Virus record (IMG/VR): IMGVR_UViG_2061766007_000557
Reading direction: 5' to 3' (one strand)
Origin: an uncultured virus (IMG/VR IMGVR_UViG_2061766007_000557)
Taxonomy: Duplodnaviria; Heunggongvirae; Uroviricota; Caudoviricetes
Length of the DNA stretch: 64,000 bases
Shown here: one piece after another, positions 9,568-19,042 of the stretch
Position numbering within the stretch: position 1 is the stretch's first letter
How the letters are laid out: each line of letters opens with the position of its first letter
Program-made: the position numbers and the translations under genes
Notes under the pieces: model-generated
What the model was told of the DNA's origin: nothing
Seen by the model: the letters and a program-made list of their open reading frames with translations, nothing else
The model's database searches: none

Positions 9568-10033
9568 ATGAGAGTTTGCAACCTCTCCATCAGAATTTAT
9601 TGCAATTCATTCTGACTTTTAAAATCGTGCATTTCTCTCACACGCTAGATGTCTTTCTTTTCCATCAGTCAGACGATTTTTAAGTGTTGTCTCACTATAA
9701 TTAATAGTCTTTCCTATCAGCCATCTGTTTTCTAGGAATTTCTCCTACCGATTACAGAAAACGAAAACTAATTTAAAAATTTTAACTTGATTGGTTTATT
9801 TAAGTTGTTACCTTCAACTATAATAAAATGGAGAGATCTTTACGCGTATATAATCTCTCCTTTGGTTTTGAGTGACTAGCTCCACAATTAGGAAAACCAA
9901 AAACCACACCTTCCTACGTTCATATCGACAACGCCAGGTCAACCCGTCACATTTAGCTAGTGAGAGCTTAAAGGAGTCACCTTTATATTTTTTTTTGTTT
10001 TTTAAGTTGTTTCCTTCAACTGTAAATATTATC

Positions 10034-10186
10034 CTACCTAAGATTGAATAATAAAGTTATACTACAAATTGCTAAATTTCCAGCACAAATTGCAGCTAAT
10101 AGTGAATCTTTTCCAAAAGATAAAATAAGTCCAAGTATTCCAGCAATCATCCCAATTACTGAAAGTATTATAGCTATTTGTTTCAT
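10034..10186 (-). CDS. Small two-TM membrane protein
   Basis: MKQIAIILSVIGMIAGILGLILSFGKDSLLAAICAGNLAICSITLLFNLR followed by TAG. Confidence 0.55.
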   Translation of the reverse strand: MKQIAIILSVIGMIAGILGLILSFGKDSLLAAICAGNLAICSITLLFNLR

Positions 10187-11447
10187 AATAAAAAATTAAG
10201 CAGTTTTACATCATGCTTAGGATGTTTGTTAACCTTTAATCGCTTAAAGGATCGGCCTTGTTTCACAACATGTGTCTAATCTTTAAGGCTCTGGGCTTTC
10301 ATCTTACGACTTAGCTGCTTGGGTCTCTAAGAGACTTATACATTTGATTAGAAATAACAGTTTCAAGTCATGCCGGACGAGTTATGTACATAAATGAAGT
10401 CAATTATCACCGCTGACTTACGACGGTTATAATTTGTGCCAGTCTCGGAGTCTGTATCTGGCTTATGCTATTTTGTGTATTATGAAAAAAAACTTATCAG
10501 AATACTCCGCGTTTAAATTTATTGTATATTAGTTCTATCATAATAAAAGGCCATACTACCATAAGAATAAATAAGTCAAATGGATCTTCCTTTAAATCAC
10601 TATAGAACGTATACATTAGAACTATTAGTATTGTGAATACTATATAGAACATTGCAATGAATTGTAACATGTATTGGTTTTGTTTATTGATGGTTTAACA
10701 ATAAAGATTTTAGGAGAAATGAAATGAAGTGGGATTGTAGTGTAGAATAAGATATGATGTGATTTTTTGGTGATATGTCGTGTAAACGCCGTCGCTTTTT
10801 TGAAAAAAAGAGATGAGTTTAAACGGTATGATGTGAAGAGTGTGGGGTGAGAGTAATGTCCTCTCCCTCACACTCAACCCATCAAAAATGAAATCACCTT
10901 CATTTCTACTGCGAAATTAAAAAATCACACAAGGAGACTTTTTTCTTTCACAGAAATTTCTATGAAAGTGATTACATCCCCATCATTACACTTTCTATGC
11001 AATGAAATAACACGCTTTGCTACTGGCTTCTCGTCTGCGAGAATGCGTGATACCAGTTCATCAAATGGCATATTTTACAAAAGTTTTAATTCAAAACAAT
11101 CAATACTCATGCTCGCTTGCTATGAATATCGGGAATTATCCCTTTAACCTGTTTATAATCCGAATTTGAGAGTAGTTTTTGAGATAAGGACCTTTGATCA
11201 TCATCATATCGGTATTTTTATCAGGTGTTAAACAATCAAAATTACTTGGCTACAAGTAATAGTAACATAGCTGCAAACCAATGCAACTATGCTAATACGA
11301 AATCATTAGCGATTACCTGTTGATCTATTTCTAAAAAAATAGAAACATCTTCAGGTATCACTAAATACTTCGGTACAAGAGGTCTGAAATGAAAGTTGGT
11401 GCCCTCTTCATAGAAGACACCATCCTTCATTACACCTTTACGGCAGA

Positions 11448-12104
11448 TCATTTCGGCAGATCCTTTGTATAGATCTCGTCGATGATACCATTGGTATCTA
11501 CTGCCGGAACATTGTCTACTTCCTCGTACTTGTTCATAGTTACAGGAGTAAACTTAATGTAATCTTTACCGTCCTCGTTGTAGGTCTCCATGTCATAACC
11601 TTCCTTAACTTGTTTGAAGGATGCGTTATAACAAGCGTTACGACCTGTTACTTTGAAAGCAAATGGACGGGAGATATACGCCTTGTCACCTGCAGTAACA
11701 ATCGGAAGAGCACCATTGGCAAATACACTATATTGTGTAGTACCACGCTCTGCACGCATCAGACCTGCATCGTTTTTTACTGCACTTACTCTAAAGTTCG
11801 GGTTTTCTGCAATTACACCATAATGGCGTGCACGCAAACCGTTTACACTCAGAGTTACTGCTTGAATAGCCTGACCTTCAGCGTTAACACCGATTGCAAA
11901 TACACGGTTTGAGAATTCATTGCCGTTAACCGGTTGTGGGAGTTTTTCACTATGAACAAACTGAGGTACGATAACATACGTCAGATCGTTACGTAAACGC
12001 TGAGACTGCTGATTCAATGCAGCAATCTGTTTCTCATTTAAGGTTGAGATACCTTGCAACGCGTTCTTGTCGAACTCAATTCTGCAAAGAGATTTTCCTA
12101 CCAT
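11448..12104 (-). CDS. Hypothetical protein, paralog of 12234-12917
   Basis: Shares MVGKS, RLR.DLTYVI, SAVKN.AGL and FAFKVTGR with its neighbour; high-expression-like codon usage. Confidence 0.8.
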   Translation of the reverse strand: MVGKSLCRIEFDKNALQGISTLNEKQIAALNQQSQRLRNDLTYVIVPQFVHSEKLPQPVNGNEFSNRVFAIGVNAEGQAIQAVTLSVNGLRARHYGVIAENPNFRVSAVKNDAGLMRAERGTTQYSVFANGALPIVTAGDKAYISRPFAFKVTGRNACYNASFKQVKEGYDMETYNEDGKDYIKFTPVTMNKYEEVDNVPAVDTNGIIDEIYTKDLPK

Positions 12105-12191
12105 ATGAAAATTATATTAATTAATAAAAAAATATTTAAGGCTCACTAACTGCCTACCACATATTGGTAGTATTCTTGTTGATACGCTTTG

Positions 12192-12226
12192 AAAAAAAAG
12201 ACTCGCAGTCATAAAGACCACGAGTC
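12192..12226 (-). terminator. Intrinsic terminator
   Basis: GACTCG...CGAGTC stem followed by a U tract on the minus strand, just after the 12234 stop. Confidence 0.65.
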
Positions 12227-12233
12227 AATTTTG

Positions 12234-12917
12234 TTAGAGTCCTTCTTGCATAGAAGTGATGAGAGTACGAGTGTCATCTGGAATCTGATCCCAATTGATG
12301 TTAGGCACAACGTCTTGTTGCTCATAGCGATTCATTGAAGTGAATCCGAGATCCAGATAATCTGAACCATCAATAGTCTTAGTGAGCATATCCCACTTGA
12401 GACTATCACCACGACCAATAGACTTGAACTTACCGACGAGAACCTGATGACGTCCTGTCACTTTAAATGCAAAGTTCTCAGCAACGTAAGCTTTACCAGA
12501 TTCTTCACCAGTAAGTTTGAAGTTACCTTTGTCAAACACAGAGATCAATTCTGTACCACTAATAGCTCTATGAAGACCAGCTGCATTCTTAACAGCAGAT
12601 ATACGAATCTGCTCTGTAGCCTCTCCATAATAACTACTGCGTAATCCAGATACACCAAGAGTAAGAACTGATACACATTGTCCTTCATCATTGATACCAA
12701 CAACAAAGACTTTGCGAGAGGTGTCATAACCATTAAAGGCTTGTTTCAACTTCTCGTCGTGCACCCACTGTCTTGGAATAACATACGTGAGATCTTGTCT
12801 CAATCTCGTGCCGCCTTCGAACATAATAGAACGAAGTTGTGCTGCACTGAATGTTGATACTCCTGCGATTGCAGTTACGTCGTACTCGACTCTTGCTTGG
12901 ATTGATTTTCCTACCAT
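12234..12917 (-). CDS. Hypothetical protein, paralog of 11448-12104
   Basis: Likely start at MVGKS by alignment with the paralog. Confidence 0.8.
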   Translation of the reverse strand: MVGKSIQARVEYDVTAIAGVSTFSAAQLRSIMFEGGTRLRQDLTYVIPRQWVHDEKLKQAFNGYDTSRKVFVVGINDEGQCVSVLTLGVSGLRSSYYGEATEQIRISAVKNAAGLHRAISGTELISVFDKGNFKLTGEESGKAYVAENFAFKVTGRHQVLVGKFKSIGRGDSLKWDMLTKTIDGSDYLDLGFTSMNRYEQQDVVPNINWDQIPDDTRTLITSMQEGL

Positions 12918-13010
12918 AGCTGTAATAATTTTGATTGTTAATAATGTTAAAGTGTTAGCGTTCACCAGACTTTGATACCAACATGTTTATACTCCTGGTA
13001 CAAGAGGAGT

Positions 13011-13052
13011 GTAGTGATCCCACCTCAAACCAATGAGATGAGACCTGTTGAG
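13011..13052 (-). repeat. Conserved intergenic hairpin, copy A
   Basis: GGUCUCAUCUCA-UUGGUU-UGAGGUGGGAUC directly after the stop at 13054. Confidence 0.8.
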
Positions 13053-13053
13053 A

Positions 13054-13260
13054 TTATAAGGAATTATACAATGTTGTAATTAACTCCTTAATTTCCTCTT
13101 GTTGCTCTTCTTTCCACCACTTATACTCAAGCAATTCTTGAGCATGATCATCCCAATCTTCCAAAGAACTTGGTCTTAGTTTAGGGGCTCGTGTGGTGAT
13201 CAGCTCTTCATTAAGAGCAGTTAACTTCTGAAGAATTTCTCTTCTGTCTGTAGGACTCAT
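13054..13260 (-). CDS. Hypothetical protein
   Basis: 68 aa, preceded by AAAAGAAAGGA. Confidence 0.65.
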   Translation of the reverse strand: MSPTDRREILQKLTALNEELITTRAPKLRPSSLEDWDDHAQELLEYKWWKEEQQEEIKELITTLYNSL

Positions 13261-13294
13261 AATGTTTCCTTTCTTTTATGTTAAACAATAAGTT

Positions 13295-13335
13295 GTAGTG
13301 ATCAGCACCTAAACCAATAGATGCTGACCTGATAG
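13295..13335 (-). repeat. Conserved intergenic hairpin, copy B
   Basis: GGUCAGCAUCUA-UUGGUU-UAGGUGCUGAUC directly after the stop at 13336. Confidence 0.8.
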
Positions 13336-13644
13336 CTAGTCTGCGACATTGTATATCTTATACTCACCAGTAACTTCTGTATATAAGTACACAGGAGTTA
13401 TTTTATAAGGGTGATTCATATATTCTCTGGCTATTGATTTATGATATTCTATGTCATCAACACCAAATCCTTTAAGTCTCTCTTCTATTCCTTTGATCCA
13501 AGCTTCTATAATAGCTTGAATGGCTTCTAAGCACATTTCTTCTGTAGGATAGATTACAGATTCAATGTGTGTCTCTCTCCACCACTCATTCGAGTCTCCG
13601 TTATCGAAGATAATCTCAAGTTTGTAACCAATTAAAGTTTTCAT
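13336..13644 (-). CDS. Hypothetical protein
   Basis: 102 aa, preceded by AAAAGAAAGGAG, ends at TAG. Confidence 0.7.
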   Translation of the reverse strand: MKTLIGYKLEIIFDNGDSNEWWRETHIESVIYPTEEMCLEAIQAIIEAWIKGIEERLKGFGVDDIEYHKSIAREYMNHPYKITPVYLYTEVTGEYKIYNVAD

Positions 13645-13689
13645 GTTTTTGCTCCTTTCTTTTAAATGTTTATAATACTAATTAGAATT

Positions 13690-13729
13690 GATGAACATCA
13701 CCTAAGCCAATAGGTGATGCCCTGTTGAG
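13690..13729 (-). repeat. Conserved intergenic hairpin, copy C
   Basis: GGGCAUCACCUA-UUGGCU-UAGGUGAUGUUC directly after the stop at 13730. Confidence 0.8.
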
Positions 13730-14134
13730 TTAGATATTCATATCCATGTTGTCGTCATCAATACACTCGAAAACTGGTAATTGTAATTCAGGATGAGCAT
13801 CCAAATATCTAGCTCGCTTTATTACAGCCAACTGGCACGTGCCACAGAAGGACATAAAATCCGTACGCATTGCAAACGGTTCATATAACAATCCGCTCTG
13901 TTGAAAGTAAATTCTTGCTCCATCTGGATTATCGTCTTCAATGAAATACCAGTCTCTAAAGAACACTTGTTCTTCTGCAATTGCTTTTTGCAACCCTCTG
14001 ATTACATCTTCACTTACAATAGCAACTAATTGATCACGATAATACAACCAGACACATTCTGTGTCTTTCTGTGTAATTGAGCGAAGAAGCATTGTTGCCG
14101 CAATATGCTCTTTTGGAACACATAATTTGTACAT
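13730..14134 (-). CDS. Hypothetical protein
   Basis: Likely start MYKLCV at 14134, preceded by AAAAGAAAGGA. Confidence 0.7.
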   Translation of the reverse strand: MYKLCVPKEHIAATMLLRSITQKDTECVWLYYRDQLVAIVSEDVIRGLQKAIAEEQVFFRDWYFIEDDNPDGARIYFQQSGLLYEPFAMRTDFMSFCGTCQLAVIKRARYLDAHPELQLPVFECIDDDNMDMNI

Positions 14135-14250
14135 AATTTTCCTTTCTTTTAAAAGTTGATTACTTGTTATTCCAGTACTGCCAATCATGCTCGTACTGAT
14201 CTGGAGTATCTCTATAGAGATCTTCAGTTTCTTGTTGTTCTCGTGCCATA

Positions 14251-14814
14251 TTATTTTATTTGTATAAATTGTTCTTTGAGTTGTTCGTATTTTCTCTTAC
14301 TTTCTTGAAGTTTTGCAATCTCTGCTTTATCTTTTCGTCTCTCTGCTCTTAATCTTTCAATTTCAGAGCATAATCGAGCAATATCTGCTTTATATTCAGC
14401 TTTTAATTCAGATACTAAATGATCTAAATGACTTACCCAAAAGCCACCTGTCTTAATTATGCTTTCTAATTCATTTTCCGATTTATGAATAATTGGTTTT
14501 TCGGATTTACGCTGTACACTTTCTTTCTTAAGTGTAATAAACTTGGAGATTTCTTCTTGAAGATATTCTGAATCAAGATATTTAGAAGAATCGATCCTGT
14601 TCAATATCGCATCAGATAGAGAATAGCGTGTTTTAGACGCTGCTCCAATTTTCTGAAGAAAGTTTAAAGAACACATAGTTTTAATTACAGGCCCTACTGC
14701 TGTTTCAGGCACGCCCATAATATGAGCTAGTTCTGTTGCTTTAAGATTTTGAAGATTGTCTCTTTTCATTGTTACAAGAGCACATTCACAACGATTAATA
14801 AGTTTTGTTTTCAT
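14251..14814 (-). CDS. Possible winged-helix DNA-binding protein with C-terminal coiled coil
   Basis: KATELAHIMGVPETAVGPVIKTMCSLNFLQKIG..TRYSL resembles a wHTH; heptad-rich C-terminus. Confidence 0.55.
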   Translation of the reverse strand: MKTKLINRCECALVTMKRDNLQNLKATELAHIMGVPETAVGPVIKTMCSLNFLQKIGAASKTRYSLSDAILNRIDSSKYLDSEYLQEEISKFITLKKESVQRKSEKPIIHKSENELESIIKTGGFWVSHLDHLVSELKAEYKADIARLCSEIERLRAERRKDKAEIAKLQESKRKYEQLKEQFIQIK

Positions 14815-14889
14815 TGTAGTAATAATTTTGATTGTTTATAAATTATGCGTGATGAGTAACACAGAATGCGCATCCCTCTGCGTGTTTTA

Positions 14890-15168
14890 CTAAAGCTCTC
14901 CTGCCTTAGCTTTCTTCAACTCTTCTGACATCAGAGTATCAATTGTATCTATTAATAACAGATACAAAGCATCATACTCTTCATCAGAGAATGGACGTAC
15001 AGGAAGATCACGTGTAGTGGTCTTAGTTTCTCCTGTTTTAAAGTCAATCTCACGAACAATTTCTTTTTCGTTGAGACGACCAATTGTCCAGTCGAGTTTT
15101 AGAAACAGTTCTTTACGATCTAGTTTCATGTTCTCTTCTATCACAATATGCATTATAAAAACCTGCAT
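14890..15168 (-). CDS. Hypothetical protein
   Basis: ORF ending in tandem TAG-TAA. Confidence 0.6.
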   Translation of the reverse strand: MQVFIMHIVIEENMKLDRKELFLKLDWTIGRLNEKEIVREIDFKTGETKTTTRDLPVRPFSDEEYDALYLLLIDTIDTLMSEELKKAKAGEL

Positions 15169-15478
15169 GCATTGTCATTAACGCATGTATAAGTCTTTTC
15201 GTACAATCTGGAATAGACTGTTCTTGAAACTTTTGCATCCATGTTGTATGCATCTGCTCTTCAGAAAGTCCACAACACACTGCAAAATTACAAGCGTTAG
15301 ATAATCCATCAAATGGATCGAACGCATCTACATCTTCACCATTGAAAATCGTGCCATAAGTTCCAATATATCCATGAAGGATATTAAACTCAGGTTTCAT
15401 TGGAATACGATCGGTTTCCACACCGTCTACTGTCCATACTATACTTCCTGGCAGCAGAATGATCCTGTTACGGCTCAT
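15113..15478 (-). CDS. Hypothetical protein, first gene of the leftward arm
   Basis: 121 aa ORF. Confidence 0.65.
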   Translation of the reverse strand: MSRNRIILLPGSIVWTVDGVETDRIPMKPEFNILHGYIGTYGTIFNGEDVDAFDPFDGLSNACNFAVCCGLSEEQMHTTWMQKFQEQSIPDCTKRLIHALMTMHAGFYNAYCDRREHETRS

Positions 15479-15516
15479 ATGTTAATATTTTAGATAGTTA
15501 ATTATCCTGTATTTAT

Positions 15517-15975
15517 AAAATGAAAATTCTCAACCCGATTTTGAGATCGGGTTTGGGAATTTCATTTTCCCTTATATATGGGTAGGGGGCTTGTTGGATA
15601 GGTGTTTCTGCTCTCGTGTTACTCATATATTTTTTCCATTCAAACACCCCAGGGGGCTATTTTTACCATTACGGTAAAATAAATTATCTTAACTTTACCG
15701 TTATTTTACCGATTACATACAAAACTAAACCGGTATTGGTAAAATTAATGCACAATGTAGTTTAATTTTGGAGATATTTTATTATATATTTTTTATGTAA
15801 AATATATTTACTATCTTTGTAAAAATTTTTAAAAGCGCTATTGCGCTATTAAGTATAGTTATATTAAGTATATAAGTATAGTTAGAGTAAAAGAAATGTA
15901 TATAATTAGTAAAGTTTTTGTTTAATTGGTAAAGAAAATGCAAGAGATCGGTAAAGAAAATGTTTCAAAACAATT
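15517..15975. promoter_or_regulatory. Divergent control region: long hairpin, G/C tracts, GGTAAA/TTTACC repeats, Bacteroidetes -7 box
   Basis: Inverted repeat at 15517-15568, GGGTAGGGGGC and CACCCCAGGGGGC, at least 6 GGTAAA/TTTACC motifs, TATCTTTG at 15812. Confidence 0.55.
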
Positions 15976-16666
15976 TGTTACAGTTCCAAATATAAATTTA
16001 GAAAAGTGTGGAATAGAAATGTCTGATGTTCTCATATATGCTTATTTAAAAAAGCATTATAACAGAATTACAAAAGATTCTTTTCCTTCATTTTCATTAT
16101 TGGCAGAAGAGTCTGGAATATCAAAACCTACTGTAATGAAATGTGTAGACAGATTAGAAAAAGCTGGATATATTTCAATTAATAAAATTAAGAAAGTAAA
16201 TCATTATACTTTTTCGGAAGTAAATAAATTTGAAATATACTCTTTTGATTTTTTAGACGATACTACTACTTCTCCAAAAGATAAAGCCTATATGGTATGT
16301 ATGCAGCAACACATGTACAAAAATCCTGATCTAGAAATCGGAAAAGTAACATATTCTGAATTAGATATAGCCAGAATGCTTAAAATAGATATTCGTACAT
16401 TAAGAAAATACGAATCAAGTTTGCAGCACAAAGACAATCCTATAATGACAATAGTTCCTACTCAAAAAAGAGATCCACAGACTGGTTTATTAATAGAAGA
16501 AAGAATATTTGATTTTGCTGCTTATAATAATTTATTAGCACTTAAATTTCAAGAAGTTACAGATGATATATCTGCTTTAAAAGAAGATTATAAAAGATTG
16601 CAAAAAAGAATAGCAGAGTTGGAAAAGGAAAAGAATACAGAAGAAGTGAAGCCAATCACTGCTTAA
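15938..16666 (+). CDS. Winged-HTH replication-initiator/regulator-like protein
   Basis: LIYAYLKKH..SFPSFSLLAEESGISKPTVMKCVDRLEKAGYI, a second HTH-like segment and a C-terminal coiled coil. Confidence 0.7.
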   Translation: MQEIGKENVSKQFVTVPNINLEKCGIEMSDVLIYAYLKKHYNRITKDSFPSFSLLAEESGISKPTVMKCVDRLEKAGYISINKIKKVNHYTFSEVNKFEIYSFDFLDDTTTSPKDKAYMVCMQQHMYKNPDLEIGKVTYSELDIARMLKIDIRTLRKYESSLQHKDNPIMTIVPTQKRDPQTGLLIEERIFDFAAYNNLLALKFQEVTDDISALKEDYKRLQKRIAELEKEKNTEEVKPITA

Positions 16667-16796
16667 TATAATATATAATAACGAACACGCGCACGTATAC
16701 ACGTAATTAACTTCAGATACAGTTTATTTAACTAAATTAAAAATAATAAAAAATACTTTTTTAAATTCATAGAATTTAGTATTTTTGCATGATAAT

Positions 16797-17117
16797 ATGA
16801 CAGAATGGCAAATGATAACATCTAATGATAAAGAAATACGAAAACTTGGTTCCTATTTATTTAAAGAACATGCTACTGCAAAAGATATAGAAGATCGAGT
16901 TAGATGTATAGATTCATTAGATTTAAAAACAACATTAAAGAAAGAAATCATAGAAGATCTTGTAGCAAATTGCTGGAATATTCTATACGAAAGTAGTTAC
17001 TATTACAATGGACCTGTTGTAGGGTATTTAATAAAATACGGTTGTGATATGGTAAAACGTATAGAAGAAATGAAAGAGGAATTGGAATATGACAGAGAAG
17101 GAAATGATATTTTCTAA
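16797..17117 (+). CDS. Hypothetical protein, paralog of the next gene
   Basis: MTEWQMITSNDKEIRKLGSYLF versus MTEKEMIFSKDRELVALGSELF; TATTTTTG box upstream. Confidence 0.65.
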   Translation: MTEWQMITSNDKEIRKLGSYLFKEHATAKDIEDRVRCIDSLDLKTTLKKEIIEDLVANCWNILYESSYYYNGPVVGYLIKYGCDMVKRIEEMKEELEYDREGNDIF

Positions 17118-17367
17118 AGACAGAGAATTAGTAGCACTTGGTAGTGAATTATTTAGACAAGATCATACTGATGATGAATGTAAAGAATACATAAATGAAT
17201 TATTTGAAGAATATTTATTTAATGATTCTGAAAACGATAAAATATTAACAAACGCTATATATGAACTTAGCAATCGTCTTCCTGATACTGATATTTCTGC
17301 AGATGGTTTTAAAAATACTGTAGACTATTGGCGTCATCAGGAAGAAGAATTATTAAAACGAGAATAA
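17089..17367 (+). CDS. Hypothetical protein, paralog of the previous gene
   Basis: N-terminal similarity as above. Confidence 0.65.
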   Translation: MTEKEMIFSKDRELVALGSELFRQDHTDDECKEYINELFEEYLFNDSENDKILTNAIYELSNRLPDTDISADGFKNTVDYWRHQEEELLKRE

Positions 17368-17368
17368 G

Positions 17369-19042
17369 ATGCCTGTAACACAATACATACCGTAGTATTT
17401 TGAACCTATAGAACATACTAGAGCAGAAGAAGCCAGATAGAAAGGAATGACTGTCGAGAAACTCTTAGAATTAGAAAGAAAAAATCAACAATCTCCTGGA
17501 GTAGTTATTGAAGATAAAAGAGATGCTTATCAAAATATGAGAGCATCCGTTAAAAATAATTCTCAAGAACTACAGAGATAGAAAGAAGGAGAAGCTAAAG
17601 CGAAAGAAAATGCTGCTAAAGCTGTAAATTTATTATTAGCTCCAACTTTACCTTCTACCTATGTGGGACTAGCTGCAGGAGCTATGGATATAGGTACAGG
17701 AGAAGCTAAAAATACAATAGGTGGATAGTTATGGAATGACACTAGATTAGTATAGGATATTGCGATTCCTGGAATAGTATTGGGCGGATTACCAAGACAA
17801 ATTATAAGTAAAGGTGTAACTAAAAGAACACCACACGAGTATATAGATTTATTTCAGTCTGGTCCTATTAGAACATATGGCAAAGTAAAATACTACGGCC
17901 CAACTATGGGTAAAACAACAGCATCTAATTCTACTTTAATTGACTTTGATGATGTGGTAAGACCAAAAATAGAACAATTAGCTAAATCTAAAGGAGTTTC
18001 CCCGAAGGATTTAAAAATTGTATCAGATCCAGACTATGTATAGCTAATTAATGATGAAGTTATTAATTGGAAATTAAATCCTGCAAGTGAAGGTAAAACT
18101 TTAATGATTTCTAATAAAGCTTTATCTAATCCGAGTAAAATATAGTTTGTCTACGACAATACTCCTAGTATACCTTCTAGGGATGTATTTATAAGAAGAT
18201 AGACTATGAGAGGTGCAGGAACAGAAGCTGAAGCGGCTGATTACTACGATGCTTTATTAAAAGAAAATCCTAATTTACAATTGGACAACAGATTTGTATA
18301 TCAAATTGAAAATGGGCCTGTTTAGCCTTCTGTTTCTAAATTAACAGAGGCTGAAAGGTTAGGAATTCCGAAAAGTCAAAGAAATAGTGTTTCTAGGCAT
18401 TTAAATAAATATGCTCAAGAATATGATAATATAATCCGATCTGGAGAAATTACTCCAGAAAAATATAGTACGCTATAGTACCTAGTAGATTAGTATTATA
18501 AACACTCTGCAGAATTTCCGATAATGTCCACAGAATATTCATATTATCCGAGAGTATTCAAACATGGTTCTAATTCTAAATTTACTGTGTTCGACAAATC
18601 TAAATTTGGATCTACTGACGGTGGATATCACGGAGAAGCTTTCTATACTAGCCCAACAGATTTCAGAATAAAAAATCCAAAAGAATCTATTCATGGAGAA
18701 CGTGCAATTTTTTCTATGGGCAGTAGACCATATTAGTATTCTTTATATTTGAGAAATCCAAAACCGTATACAATTACTTCTAATCACGGTGAAGGATTTA
18801 GTTGGTTTAATAGGTATCCCGATGGAGCAATAATTACAAATAACGGTAATGGATATTTTCATGGTAAACATTTTACAGAAACATTATTTACCAACCCAAG
18901 ACAAGCTAAACTGGCGAATGCTATAACTTATGACAACGCAGGAAATATTATTCCTTTAAGAAATAGATTTAATTGGAATAATCCAGATATGCGGTATAAA
19001 TCCGGAGGCAAAATTAACTATTTAAAATTTTTTAAGAAATGA
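17369..19042 (+). CDS. Multidomain protein with a C-terminal ADP-ribosyltransferase (ART-PolyVal-like) domain; code 15
   Basis: ORFs 17780, 18524 and 18749 share one frame with ATG 17369. Motifs FKHGS..F.VFD..KFG..G.HGEAFY and NPRQAKLA.AITYD.AGNIIPL.NRF...PDMRY. Confidence 0.7.

Noticed and set aside
13011..13729. CRISPR array interpretation of the three repeats
   Set aside because: Spacing is hundreds of bases with whole ORFs between, the repeats covary rather than being identical, and no cas genes are seen.
16681..16705. Alternating purine-pyrimidine patch (ACACGCGCACGTATACACGT)
   Set aside because: A single short intergenic occurrence with no supporting structure; a similar patch at about 19515 is within coding sequence.
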